A stretch of DNA of 64,000 nt, taken from positions 77,192,001 through 77,256,000 of the forward strand of contig NC_086108.1 of the NCBI RefSeq assembly GCF_963921235.1, given 5' to 3'. How positions within the stretch are numbered: position 1 is the stretch's first letter; each line of letters starts with the position of its first letter. Source of the DNA: Mobula hypostoma. Its lineage: Eukaryota. Below are positions 37,610-51,016 of this stretch, piece by piece. The notes beneath the pieces were generated by a model that had not been told where the DNA came from, made no database searches, and saw only the letters and a program-made list of their open reading frames with translations. Position numbers and translations under genes: made by a program.

Positions 37610-39949
37610 CAGGTGTCCCCCCGCTTTTCCAACGTTCGCTTTACGAAACCTCGCTGTTATGAAAGACCTACATTAGTTACCTGTTTTCACTAACAGAAGG
37701 TGTTTTCACTGTTACGAAAAAAGGCAGCGTGCGGTAAAAAGCAGCGTGCGCCCTGAGCAGCCGCTCTCCCCCGGATTTGGAACTGCATTCTAGCCAGCAT
37801 TGCTTAAACACGAGTCTGTGAGTAGCCGTTAGCAAGACGAGTTCTGAGGTATCGGAAAAGCCTAAAAGAGCTCGTAAGGGTGTTACACTTAGTGTGAAAC
37901 TAGACATAATTAAGCGTTTTGATCTTGGTGAACGAAGTAAGGACAAAGTGAGTTTGGCTTGTGGAAGTTGACGAAGATGATGTTGAAGAGGTTTTGGCAT
38001 CCCATGACCAAGAACTGATAGATGAAGAGCTAATGCAATTGAAAGAGGAAAGGATAACAATCGAAACCGAATGCAGTAGTGAAACTGAAGTTGTCCAGGA
38101 ACTAAATGTGAAGCAACTGCGTGAGATTTTAGCTGCAAATGACAACAATGACTGCAGAAAAGTACGACTTTAATTTTGAAAGGGTACATCGGTTTAGGGC
38201 ATATTTGCAGGATGGTTTGAGTGTTTACAGAGAACTGTATGACAGAAAAATGCGCGAGGCTAGCAGTCAAGCATACTGTCATTTTTCAAGCCTTCCACAG
38301 CAGACGACGAACCTCGACCTTCGACATCGAGGCAGGCAGAGATAGAAGAAAATGACCTGCCTGCCCTGATGGAAACAGACGACGATGAGATGACATCCCA
38401 GTGTCCCACCACCTCAAACCCCGAGCTGCGAACCGATACATTGCCGCGGAGAATGCAATGGTGCAGCGGTAGCCGGGATGCACCCAACACATCTTTAAGA
38501 AAAAAGCCGAAATAAACAAGCTAATTAATTAGGTGCCGCTCGGCATGTAAATGTCGGCCCAGATCAGAGGCGATGCAATCAACAATCGCCCCTGATCTGG
38601 GCCAACAATTATGTGCCGAGTGGCACCTAATTAATTAGCTTGTTTATTTCGGCTTTTTTCTTAAAGATGTGCTGGGTGTGTCCCGGCTACTGCTGTACCA
38701 CTGCATGCTTTGCGGATCGGTATCGGTCGGTGGCCCGGAGGTTGGGGACCATTGTACCATTCCAATCACCGATGACTCAGCCTGACACACCATCATCAGT
38801 GTGCTCGGCGCTGTCTTCCCGATTCCGGTAAGTGATACTACACTGTACATATATTATTTCTACTTTATATAGGCTGTGTATTTTAACGTGTTATTTGGTA
38901 TGATTTGGCAGCTGCATAGCTTAAAGGTTACTGGAGAGAGTGTTTCTGCCGAGAGCGCTTGCGTGAGATTTTCGCTACGGAGAACAATGCGGCATTGATT
39001 GTAGAAAAGTAATTCTACTTTATATGGGCTGTGTATTTATCATATCATTCCTGCTTTTACTATATGTTACTGTTATTTTAGGTTTTATGTGTTATTTGGC
39101 ATGATTTGGTGGGTTATTTTTTGGGTCTGTGAACGCTCAAATTTTTTCCATATAAATATGTAAGGAGTTTCTATTTTTTATGTTACTGCGTAGTCTAATT
39201 AAAATGGCTTCTTTGTTATGTTATAATTGAAAGGGCTTCTTTATTATGTTAAATGCTGAGAAATTCCTCCCGCTAGCAGTTTGTTGAATCACGTTACTGA
39301 TAAGAAGATGTTATGAACCAATTGGGATAGTTGTTATGTTTTTGGTGTATCTGTAAGATATTGTATACGCGGGGTTTTGGGGCAGAAGGCAGGAGAGAGA
39401 GACAGAGGGTGGACCAGGTGCTGTGAGTCCGCTAACAGGGTCAGACCCTGAGTGGAGCGTTCGGCGAGGAGAGGAGACGGAGACAGACTCGGGTGGAGCA
39501 TCTGGTCGACCACCATTGTTGGTCCCAGGCAGCCGGTCGAGGTGGTCTGAGGGGTCGCAGGGTGAAAAAGAGGGGTCTTGAGCTCCAACTGTTTGTGCAC
39601 GAAGAGATTGAACTTCGATAAGTGTGGCGCCTTTTATTTTCCTTTTATATTTTATTCTCTATTAATTATATAGTTCCAGTAATATCTATAAACTGTAAAT
39701 CATTTAATCGTATCTGGTGTATTGTCTGTTATTTGGGCGGGGTGGGGTACATCACACAGCATCCACACAAACTAATTACCCAGTTTGGCGGTGCCGAGGG
39801 CTGTTTCCCTAGACAACAGTGAGCTGAGCGACCCTGAGGCTGGCCAGGAGGGCTACAAATAAATGATAATTGCTTCTTCACTTTACGACATTCCAGCTTA
39901 CAGACCGTTTCATAGGCATGATCTATCTTCAGATGGTGGGGGAAACCTG
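37610..39949 (+). mobile_element. Non-autonomous Tigger/pogo DNA transposon, interrupted by a solo LTR
   Basis: TA|CAGGTGTCCCCC...GGGGGAAACCTG|TA. An N-terminal HTH remnant (KRARKGVTLSVKLDIIKRF) is joined directly to the acidic C-terminus, and the DDD core is absent. Confidence 0.88.
39159..39857. mobile_element. Solo LTR with 4-bp TSD AATA
   Basis: TGTA...TACA ends, with AATA on both sides. The uninterrupted site is visible in the second Tigger copy. Confidence 0.88.
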
Positions 39950-41473
39950 TAACACTATTTTGCCCCTTGATATGTTTGCATTTTCCAATGCCATACTTTA
40001 ACACTACTGTGGCATCATCCAGTATCTTTCTTAATTTGCTTTCAAATGGCTTCATTGCCGGGGATGTGGCATGTAAATGGTGGATGGATCTCCAATCAAG
40101 ATGTAGTTGTCTCAGCCAATCACATCTCCATAATACCGGCCCTCCTGTTTTACCACATTCAAGGTGATCGTAGCTTGTTGGTTTTTGTATTTCACTGTTA
40201 TGAATGCCATTCCCACAGGAGTTATCTTTTCTCCAGTAAAAGTTCATTGGTGAATATCTGCAGGCTTTATTTTGGTAACTTTGAAATGCCATTCAAATTC
40301 ATTTTGTGGAATGACTGAAACAGCTGAACCAGTGTCCAATTCCATTTTAATTAATTTGCCATTCGTTTTTTTGTGTAAGGCCATACTGATTGACTATTGT
40401 TAATTTTCACACTGTAAATCTTAAGGCTACACAGTCCTGTGTCACTCTCATCCATATCAAATTTTTCATCAATAGCATGCAGATTAATGCTCATTTTGAA
40501 ACTGCAGCTTGACTTTTTAGCTTTTTCTCTTCCCTGTGCAATCCATTTATTTTTGTCTGCCCAACATACTCTTTGTGTGTGTCCTACTTGGTTGCATTTT
40601 CTGCAAGTTTCACCTTTAGATCTGCATTTGTTTGGTGCATGTGAGCCCATACCACAGCAGTAACACTATTTATTCTGCCAGGTTGATTTCTGTTTAGATA
40701 ATGCAATTTTGTTCAAACTCATTGACTGCAACTTAATTGTGTCTCTTTCTGAGGCTCCCATTGAAATAATAATTTCCACTGCTCTTTTAAATGTAAATTG
40801 TGCTTCTGCTAGGAGCCATTTTTGAATGCTTTCTTTTAAGATTCTACAAACTAAGCGATCTCTCAGTTTATTATTAAGCCCATTACTGAACTGACAATCC
40901 TCAGCCAATCTCTTCAATTCAACCATTTATTCTGAAATAGACTCCCCTTCTTTTTGACTCCACTTATGAAACCGAAAGCGTTCTGCTATTAACAATAGCT
41001 TTGGTTCTATGTGTTCCTGCATCACTTTAACTAAGTCAGGAAAACTAGTTTCCGCAGGTTTGGTTGGACCAGTCAAACTTTGAAACAAACTGTGTGCCTT
41101 TAAACACAATGCACTTCACAAAATTGACACTCGCTTCTCATTGGCTATTTCATTTGCTTCAAAGTACTGTTCCAATAGCTCAGTATACATGAGCCAGTTC
41201 TCCAATGCATAATCAATCTCATCAATCTTTCTGATGTAGCCAGCCATTTCTGATTTTTTTGATGATTATTATCACCTGGTACTTGCTCTTTAAGAACCCT
41301 GAATTCTTCCATTTATGGCCTTTTTTCTTTAAACTTGATCAGGTCTTCCCTTCCAAAGACACATGCTGCTCTCTTTCCACATTGCCCTCACTGTACTTAT
41401 CTTATTTCCAATGTCTCACTGCAATAGGTCAAAAGCCATGCCGGGGTTCGTTTTAGAAAAACCTCGACACCAC

Positions 41474-41695
41474 TGTTATGTTTTATAACTTAAAAACATT
41501 GAACTAATTAAAGGAAAACACGGGTATCTAGGAATTCAGGTTTAACTTCGTCTTTTACTTTAAACATGGTGTGCAGATATCAAGTAGTAGCGTGACAATG
41601 TATGCAATTAACATACTTGAACATATATAACCTATAATGAATTATTTAAACAAAACTGCCAAATGAAACATTATTTAAATATTAAATACACAACA
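41474..41695 (-). repeat. 5' LTR of the Gypsy element
   Basis: TGTTA...CAACA, adjacent to the PBS-like sequence and homologous to 33856-34102. Confidence 0.85.
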
Positions 41696-41930
41696 ATATG
41701 TATCTCAAAACTTGAAGACAATAGATTGTACTTAAAATGCTTTTTGAATATGCTGGTTCGCCTGCCACCTTGGCCACTGAGACTTAGTACTCTGAAACTG
41801 TTATAGCCAGGAGGACACAGTTTAGATAACTGATTAGGCTTTAACCAGCTCTGTTAACATAAAATCAGGGTCTATAGAGGTTGTAAAATCATTTAAGATG
41901 AAAGTATTATTTGAAAGGGAACTCATATTT
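41696..41930 (-). mobile_element. 5' continuation of the L2 element (endonuclease region)
   Basis: DFMLTE..LCPPGY..GQGG..SSFEI joins DPVLCVIIYHHPKSN on the other side of the Gypsy element. Confidence 0.75.
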
Positions 41931-44799
41931 AGAGGAAACACACACAAAATGCTGGAAGAACTCAGAAGGCCAGGCAGCCTCCATGAAAAAGAGGAATCGT
42001 TGATGTTTTGAGCCGGGTCCCTTCATTAGGACATTTTCTTATGCTTGTATTTCATATTTAGAAGAGTTGGCCTAAACAGAGTAGCTTGAAGTCATGTGAC
42101 AGGGATGGTAGATTTTAAGTGTAAAATGTTCTTTCTGTAAGCACCTTTAATAGTATAGTTCAATTTGGGGGCTCTTCCAGTGAAAATAGATTTAATAGGA
42201 TAGCTAATGTTTATAGAACTGGTGAATACTGAGGAGGAAGTAGTGAATTTGAGCTGGTTCACAATGATTTCCCATCCTTTGTATGCAATAGAATTCGCAA
42301 CTATATTTTGTCTCATGGCTGCTGATATATGATTTTGAATTAGAAAACATTAAGAAGAAACTTAAATTTAAAAGTTATCATTGATCTTGCCCAAGTCCTA
42401 CCCTTTATAACTTTCCAGTGGACCTTGATTTGATCAGCCAGTGGTCTGTTCAGAAATAATCAGGAACCTCGCAGATAGAATCAAATCAAAGGAAATGATT
42501 AAACTTTAAGTGAAAGTACAATGGAGAGCAGAACTAACCATTTAGTAGCCAAAATCATGAACCTTCATGGTCCTGCTAGTGTCTGCTGGGAAGACACAAC
42601 AAATTCCTCCCTTCTCCGGGACCCCAAAGTATCGCTTAGGCTTCCCGCTGACGTAATCGAGCAATCAGTGTGCTTGACGTCTACTATTGCCCAGCCCCTT
42701 GTGTACTTGAATTGAAACTTTATGGTATTATTTGATTAATAGTAAAGTTATTATTCTAAAGTGGTGTAGACTATATCATAGAAGTGTGCCAAATGTAATT
42801 TGCAGGGCGACAGTGTGAAACCACTAATTATACATGTCATCTCAGTTCAGACACATAATTCTGTTCCACCTACACAGCACAAGCTCTGTTAAAACTTGAA
42901 TGTGCTTGACAACTTATAATAAAATGAGTCAAAGCTTGCTCTACCATTTGCTGCAAAGATTAACTTTGCTGGAAGATTTCTGCAGTGAGTGCTTACACAT
43001 TGTGTTATATTCAATATGATGACATTTGTAGTTTTCTGCTTACTGAATTAAATGATAGTATTAATTGTGGTATGGTAGGAAAGAATCTAATATATTCCTG
43101 GGATAGCTTCTTAAACAATTCATCACAATTAATATGCTACATGCCTTTTTTCTGCTGTGTGAGATTGCTGAAATGGAATGGCTTTAAACAACTCTAGATT
43201 TCTTCAAAAATGCTGCAACATTTTATTTTCCAAAACCTCCTCCTATACCAATCTATAATATTACGCTTAATAACATTCCTTGCATCTATTGTCTGCTGTG
43301 AAATGCTACAGATTACTAAATCTGCATCAATGATTTATTTCCTGATATGTTAAGTCTCCTTTTCTCTAAATTATTTTCAGTCTTTATACATTCAATAATT
43401 CTCTCTCCACATTATGATAAATGTTTATGTACATGCTAAACCCACAAAAAAATGTTTGTTATTGTAACCATTTACCATCCCCACACTCCAACTGTTAGAA
43501 ACATTTTAATAAATATTGTGAATTTGGAAATGATAGTATTTGTATTTATGTCCCCCAAAATAATATGCCAGTGAATCAAACTGCACACAGTGGCAATTTT
43601 ATTTATACCTGACTAAGGAAGAGACCAAATTGTAGGATGCTTGGGTCTGAGTTGAAATCTCATAAGTTCCACTCCAATCACAGACAGTCTCCAAGAGTGC
43701 AGGATGGGGAGTAGGGCCTTGAGATATTCAAACATGCCAAAAAACATTGCTGAAATCATGGTTCATAATTATCCTGAGTCAGTGTTATTCCTTGAAGGCT
43801 GCACCCGAAATACATTCTTGTACTTCTTTATCAAAATTGCTGAATGTAGCCAGCTTCAACCGCCTTTCTTAAAGGATTAAAGATTAAAGTACTAAAGATT
43901 AGCTTTATTGGTCACATGTACATTGAAGCATGCAGTGAAATATTTATTTTGCATTAAATCAAATCAACAAGCTCTCAAGGGTTGCCACGCTTCTGGCACC
44001 GCAACTCACTAACCTCAACTGCATATCTTTGGAAGGTGGGAGGAAACCAGAGCACCCAGAGGAAACTCACATGGTTATGGGGAGAATGAACAAAGCCCTT
44101 ACAAGGAGTGGTGGGAACTGAACTCTGACCGCTGATCACTGGCGCTGTAATTTGAGTTACATTAGCCGCCTTGCTACCGTGCTGCTCCTTGTCAGTGCAT
44201 TCCCTTGAAGCCTGGTTTAGGAATTCTCACTTCAATTAAACAAGCAGGAGCTGAAAGTAGCTTAGACTACACCTCTTAAACAATTGGTTCTCAATGGCTC
44301 TATTCCTGAATTCATTCTATATACAGTAAATGGGAAGGCTTAGGGATTTACTGGAGGTTGTGATGATCATTTACCAGAAAAAGAGTGATTAACGAAGTAT
44401 TTAGATGTTTCCCTTCTTTCATCGACCACCAGCCAGAAATCGCTGAGGTTCACCAGCACCATTTAAACCGGCCCAATGACACCTTTAGCAAACAGATTTT
44501 TACACACTTAGGGAATCTGAAAGCATAGAGATCAAGTGGCAAAGTAGACAGGGAACAGAATCAGTGGTGATCCCTTTGAATGGCAGAACTGACAGGAGGT
44601 TTGTGTAATGTCCTTGTGTTGGGCAGGAGTTCTGGTTGATAGAGGTTATTGTTAGGCCTGAACAGCGAGATTACTGATTGACGGATAGCATTTTGAATGT
44701 CAGTGCATTACAGGATGTTGCTGTAATGTCTGCATATACCTGTGAAATGGTTCAAGTTTCCAATGTTTACTTGCACACAATATTATCACTATTATCATG

Positions 44800-45465
44800 T
44801 TTGACCGGACATAGATTGGGAGACCATTTCAGCAAGTATCTACGCTCCAACTGCCAGAGAAGCGGGGTCTCCCAGTGGCAACCCGGTTTAATTCCACTTC
44901 AGTACTGTATCCTATTCCGATATGTCAATCCATGGCCTCCTCTACTGTTGCGATGAGGCCACACTCAGGTTGGAGGAACAACTCCTTATATTTTGTCTGG
45001 ATAGCTTCCAATCTGATGGCATGAACATCGATTTCTCGAACATCTGGTAATGGCTCCTCACCACCCTCCTTCTTCACCAGTCCCCATCCCCTTTTCCCTC
45101 TCTCACCTTGTCTCCTTGCCCACCCATCACCTTCCTCTGGTGCTCCTCCTCCCCTTTTCTTACTTCCATGGCCTTCTATCCTCACCTATCAGACTCCCCC
45201 TTCTCCAGCCCTCTATCTCTTTCAGCAATCAACTTCCCAACACTTTACTTCACCTACCCCCTCTCCCAGTTTCACCTATCACCTTGTGTTTCACCATCCC
45301 CTCCCCCAACCCTCTAACTCTGACTCCTCGTCTTTTTTTCTCCAGTCCTGTTGACGGGTCTCGGCCTGAAATGTCAATTGTATTTTTTTCCATTGATTCT
45401 GCCTGGTCGGCTGAGTTCCTCCAGCATTTTGTGTGTGTTGCTTGGATTTCCAGCATCTCTCGTTT
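44800..45465 (+). mobile_element. Penelope 3' fragment (GIY-YIG end plus terminal repeat)
   Basis: HRLGDHFSKYLRS..EATLRLEEQLLIFCLDSFQSDGMNIDFSN, followed by the same tail as 16570-16995. Confidence 0.85.
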
Positions 45466-45496
45466 GTGATTATGTTTGGTCCTTTTATTTTTGTTC

Positions 45497-47533
45497 AAGG
45501 AATGAATAAACCAGGGAAGGTAGTGCACCCGTGGCTGACAAGGGAAATTAGGGATGGTATCAGTTCCAAAGAAGAAACATACAAATTAGCCAGAAAAAGC
45601 GGTGCAGAGGAGGACAAAGGGCTTAATTAGGAAAAGGAAAAAAGATTATGAGAGAAAGCTGGCAGGGAACATAAAAACTGACTGTAAAAGCTTTCATAGA
45701 TATGTGAAAAGAAAAAGATTGGTTGAGACAGATGTAGGTCCCTTACAGTCAGAAACAGGTGAATTGATCATGGGGAACAAAGACATGGCAGACCAATTGA
45801 ATACTTTGGTTCTGTCTTCACTAAGGAGGACATAAATAGTCTTCCAGAAATAATAGGGGACCGAGGGTCTAGTGAGATGGAGGAACTGAGGGAAATACAT
45901 GTTAGTAGGGAAGTGGTGTTAGGTAAATTGAAGGGATTAAAGGCAGATAAATCCCCAGGGCCAGATGGTCTGCATCCCAGAGTGCTTAAGGAAGTAGCCC
46001 AAGAAATAATGGATGCATTAGTGATAATTTTTCAAAACTCTTTAGATGCTGGATTAGTTCCTGAGGATTGGTGGGTGGCTAATGTAACCCCGCTTTTTAA
46101 AAAAAGGAGGAAGAGAGAATCCAGGGAATTATAGACCGGTTAGCCTGACATCGGTGGTGGGGAAAATGCTAGAGTCAGTTATTAAAGATGTGATAACAGC
46201 ACATTTGGAAAGCGGTGAAGTCATCGGACAAAGTCAGCATGGATTTGTGAAAGGAAAATCATGTCTGACGAATCTCATAGAATTTTTTGAGGATGTAACT
46301 AGTAGAGTGGATAGGGGAGAACCAGCGGATGTGGTATATTTGGATTTTCAAAAGGCTTTTGACAAGGTCCCACACAGGAGATTAGTGTGCAAACTTAAAG
46401 CACACGGTATTGGGGGTATGGTATTGATGTGGATAGAGAATTTGTTGGGAGACAGGAAGCAAAGATTGGGAATAAACGGGACATTTTCAGAATGGCAGGC
46501 AGTGACTAGTGGGGTACCGCAAGGCTCTGTGCTGGGACCCCAGTTGTTTACAATATATATTAATGACTTAGATGAGGGAATTAAATGCAGCATCTCCAAG
46601 TTTGCGGGTGACACGAAGCTGGGTGGCAGTGTTAGCTGTGAGGAGGATGCTAAGAGGATGCAGAGTGACTTGGATAGGTTGGGTGAGTGGGCAAATTCAT
46701 GGCAGATTCAATTTAATGTGGATAAATGTGAGATTATCCACTTTGGTGGCAAGAACAGGAAAACAGATTATTATCTGAATGGTGGCCGATTAGGAAAAGG
46801 GGAGGTGCAATGAGACCTGGGTGTCATTGTATACCAGTCATTGAAAGTGGGCATGCAGGTACAGTAGGCGAACGGTATGCTGGCATTCATAGCAAGAGGA
46901 TTTGAGTACAGGAGCAGGGAGGTACTACTGCAGTTGAACATTTGTACAAGGCCTTGGTGAGACCACACCTGGAGTGCTGTGTGCAGTTTTGGTCCCCTAA
47001 TCTGAGGAAAGCCATTCTTGCCATAGAGGGAGTACAAAGAAGTTTCACCAGATTGATTCCTGGGATGGCAGGACTTTCATATGATGAAAGACTGGATTGA
47101 CTAGGCTTATACTCTCTGGAATTTAGAAGATTGAGGGAGGATTTGATTGAAACGTATAAAATTCTGAAGGGATTGGACAGGCTAGATGCAGGAAGATTGT
47201 TCCCAATGTTGGGGAAATCCAGAACGAGGGGTCACAGTTTAAGGATAAAGGGGAAGCCTTTTAGGACTGAGATGAGGAAAAATTTCTTCACACAGAGAGT
47301 GGCGAATCTGTGGAATTCTCTGCCACAGGAAACAGTTGAGGCCAGTTCATTGGCTATATTTAAGAGGGAGTTAGATATGGCCCTTGTGGCTAAAGGGATC
47401 AGGGGGAATGGAGGGAAGACAGGTTCAGGGTTCTGAGTTGGATGATCAGCCATGATCGTACTGAATGGCGGTGCAGGCTTGAAGGGCCAAATGGTCTACT
47501 CCTGCACCTATTTTCTATGTTTCCATGTTTCTA
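45497..47533 (+). mobile_element. 5'-truncated CR1 LINE, more diverged sibling of the full-length copy
   Basis: Same ORF2 sequence with frameshifts and stops, FAGD at the catalytic site, an internal deletion near 45600 and a TTTCTATG tail. Confidence 0.93.
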
Positions 47534-47598
47534 TTAAAACATTGTGTATGCCACTTTAAATGAGAGTTATTAACATTGATTGTCTTGCATGTTGGACT

Positions 47599-49170
47599 AC
47601 AGGTTTCCCCGCCATCCGAAGGTAGAGCGTTCCTATGAAACGGTTCGTAAGCCGAAATGTCGTAAAGCAAAGAAGCATTTACCATTTATTTATATGGGGA
47701 AATTTTGTGAGCGTTCGCAGACCCAAAAATAACCTACCAAATCATGCCAAATAACACATAAAACCTAAAATAACAGTAGCATATAGTAAAAGCAGGAATG
47801 ATATGATAAATACACAGCCTATATAAAGTAGAAATTCTTCTCTACAACGATTGCCTGCACAGAACTCCGTAGCGAAAATCTCACGCAAGTGCTCTCGGCA
47901 GAAAATCTCACGCAAGCGCTGTTGGCATAAACGTGCTCTTCAGTAACCTTTAAACTATGAAGCTGCCAAATCTACCAAATAACACGTTAAAATACACAGG
48001 CTATATAAAGTGGAAATAATGAATGTACAGTGTAGTATCACTTACGGGAATTGGGAAGACATCGAGCACACTGATGATGGTGTGTTAGACTGAGTCGTCG
48101 CAGGCTGGGTGATGCAGTGGCCCCCACACTCCGGGCCGCCCACCAGATACATTGCCACGAAGCACGCAGGGGTAGCCGGGAGGCACACCGCACATCGTTA
48201 AGAAAAAAGCCGAAATAAACATGCTAATTAATTAGGTGCTGCCTGGCACGTAAATGTCGGCACAGATCAGAGGCGATTGCCGATTGCATCGGCACTGATC
48301 TAGGCTGACAAATATGTGCTAGGTGACACTTAATTAATTAGCATGTTTATTTCGGCCTTTTTCTTAAAGATGTGCTGTGCGCCTCCCGGCAACCCCTGCA
48401 TTCTCCGTGAATCGGTACAGTATCTGTCCGGGGCCTGGGGGTTGGGGTGGTGGGACACGGGGGTGTCATCTCATCATCGATCAGGGCAGGCAGCTCATCG
48501 TCTCCTATGACTGCCTGCCTCAATGTCGAAGGTCGAGGTTCGTTGGCTGCTGTGGCTGATGTGGAAGGCTTGCTTGACTGCTGAGCCTCGAGCATTTTTA
48601 TATCACGCAGTTCTTTGTAAGAACTCAAACCATCCTCCAAATATCCCCTAAACCTACGTACCCTTTCAAAATTAAAGTCGTACTTTATCATTGCAGTGAA
48701 AATCTCACACAGTTGCTTCACTTTCTGCATTCGGTTGAATTCGGTTTTGATTGTTATCCTTTCCTCTTCCAATTGCATCAGCTCTTTATCTATCAGTTCT
48801 TGGTCATGGGATGCCAAAACCTCTTCAACATCATCTTCGTCAGCTTCCACAAGCCAAACTCACTTTGTCCTTGCTTTGTTCACCACAATCGAAATGCTTA
48901 ATTATGTCCACTTTTACGCTAAGTGTAACACCCTTATGAGCTCTTTCAGGCTTTTCCGACACCTTAGAACTCACCTTGTAAATGGCTGCTTACAGGCTCG
49001 TGTTTAAGCAATGCCGTTCCAAATCCAGGGGCGAGCGGCTGCTCGGGGTGCGCGCTGTCTTTCTTCGTAACAGTGAAAACACCTTCTGAAAGCGAAAACA
49101 GGGTACTAATGTAGGCCCTTCGTAGAAGTGAGGTTTTGTAAAGCGAACATTCGAAAAGTGGGGACACCCG
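47599..49170 (-). mobile_element. Second non-autonomous Tigger/pogo copy, uninterrupted
   Basis: TA|CAGGTTTCCCC...GGGGACACCCG|TA, colinear with 37610-39949. Confidence 0.88.
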
Positions 49171-51016
49171 TATTGGAAATTACATTCCTCTACTTTTATC
49201 TTCGAAGACCCTGTGTGGTTGAAGTCCAATCTTGTTCTCTGAAAATAATTCCAGTTCAGCATCTCTCCTGTATTGTAGCTGGAAATATGATGTACTGCAG
49301 ATATTTGTTCAGAGAAAAGTAAAGCAATATAGAACCAATTATGAATGTGTAAAATAAGAATGGAGAATCATTATCATCATCATAATGTACTGTGTCGTAT
49401 GATGTAGACGATCATGGTCCCAGAGGAGTTTTGTTATCTCAAAAGGCACAGCTATTCAGCATGGGCCTTTTGTAGGCTGATACTAAATTCCAGGTGCTGT
49501 AATATTTCCAAAACACTCACTGTTGCCCCACAGTGTCATACTTAATCCTCTAAAGCGATTAACAAATCATCTAAATATTGTAGTATTTTACTATAGTTTG
49601 GCGTCAAGTCAAGCTTGCCCAAGGTCTGTTGCACGACTTAATGGAAGATGGCAGGGCTATTGTGGAAACCCTGAGGTAGTCTAGTCCATGAGTACTATTG
49701 CCCTCTAAGGTGAAGACAAATTAGTCCTAAGACCCAGGAGCTAATGGCAACCCCAAGAATCTATTGGCAAAGTCTAGGACTATGAACCTTCTAACTTACG
49801 CCAAAATTCTGCATTGCCGCACCCATCGCTAACTGAGGGCAGTTTGGATAGAATGCTCTGCTTTTCCCCTCTGGTGAATGGTTTGCAGATGGTTGTGATG
49901 AATGTGTGAGGCTGGCTGGGGTTCTGAGCCTGTTGCTGTCAGGTCTCTAGAGGTGCCATACTGACAGACCTCTCCTGTTTGTGGGTACTTTCCCACTTGT
50001 CAACTCCCTGGTCCAGAGTTTCCCAATTTTCCTCATCCCCTTCCTCAGCAGTTATTTCCATGGCTGCAGCCTGGTGAGCACCCAGCTGTCGGCCCGATGT
50101 CACATTTACCTCTCAGTCTGCCCAGATCCATGACTAATTCGTTCTTGTATTGTTCCAATTGTTGTACCTGTTTTTCACCCACATTTCTCACTCTCTCTGT
50201 AAGTGTTCTAACTGTTCCTTCAACCCTTCCAGCTCTGCTTGTACACAGCCTTGCTGTTCTCTGTATTCATCCCTTTCCTTCTGTTGCTCTATTATTTGTG
50301 CACTCTGTGATTCCAGGCACTTTGTTCTCTCTTGTGAAAATACATGATACGGAATGACTGCTGCTTCATTTCCCTTCCTCTTTGATTGGCTCTTCCACCA
50401 CTGCCACTGTCCCTCTGGTTAACCCACCCAATTTTGTCCATTTCCTGTTCAACCTTCTCAAGTTTATGGAGTTTCTACTCTGTGAGTTCTCTCCTCTTCA
50501 TCATTGAGCCCATTATGTTTTGAAGAAAGTTAAATATTTCAGCTCTATTGCCCATATTGGGCTTTGATTCTCAGTTTTTCTCACACACACAAACAATTGC
50601 CCCATTGAGTACACATGCACCCTTTGGCATCCTGAATGGTATCTGCCAGACTGCTGTCACACTGTTCTCAGTACAATAGCCACATCAAATCCATTGCCCA
50701 CCAAAGGAGTATACACATACCCTCTGGCATTCCAAACAGTCAGCAACTGGTGGCCCTGTCTCGACATACTACCCGATGCTGTTGAGTAGCTGGCTCCTAC
50801 ACATAACACAGAAACAAACACATGCCACACTTTTATATCTACCAATTCAGCTCTTGCCGTGTCCTTTGATACTTTGTGATATTGTGGCTGCTGACCTGAA
50901 CAGATCTAAGTGTGGGTGCTACTTTAAAAAAGTACTCATCCTCTTTGAACTGCTGAAGTCACTTGCCATACGGTGGGTCATGCATATACCTCAGACAAAC
51001 CCCCAAACTGTGTGAC

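Larger units (their letters stand above)
33856..41695 (-). mobile_element. Degenerate Ty3/Gypsy (Mag-like) LTR retrotransposon with both LTRs
   Basis: Gag with two Zn knuckles (about 40550-40670), protease MELDTGSAVSVIP (about 40310-40350), RT (LFTINTHKGL, CYLDDII; 36940-37600), RNase H (ACD..; 35600-36130) and integrase (ELHAGHLG, DNGP; 34230-35400). PBS-like TGGTGTCGAGG at 41462-41472, and a degenerate 5-bp TSD ACGTG/ATATG. Confidence 0.9.

Noticed and set aside
48347..48850. 167-aa ORF as a domesticated Tigger gene
   Set aside because: It lies within a TIR-bounded repeat, lacks the catalytic core, and the sibling copy is frameshifted.
49850..51000. Possible gag-like or host coding remnant next to the putative LTR (ORF 50657-50845)
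   Set aside because: No convincing motif was found in any frame, so it is left unannotated.
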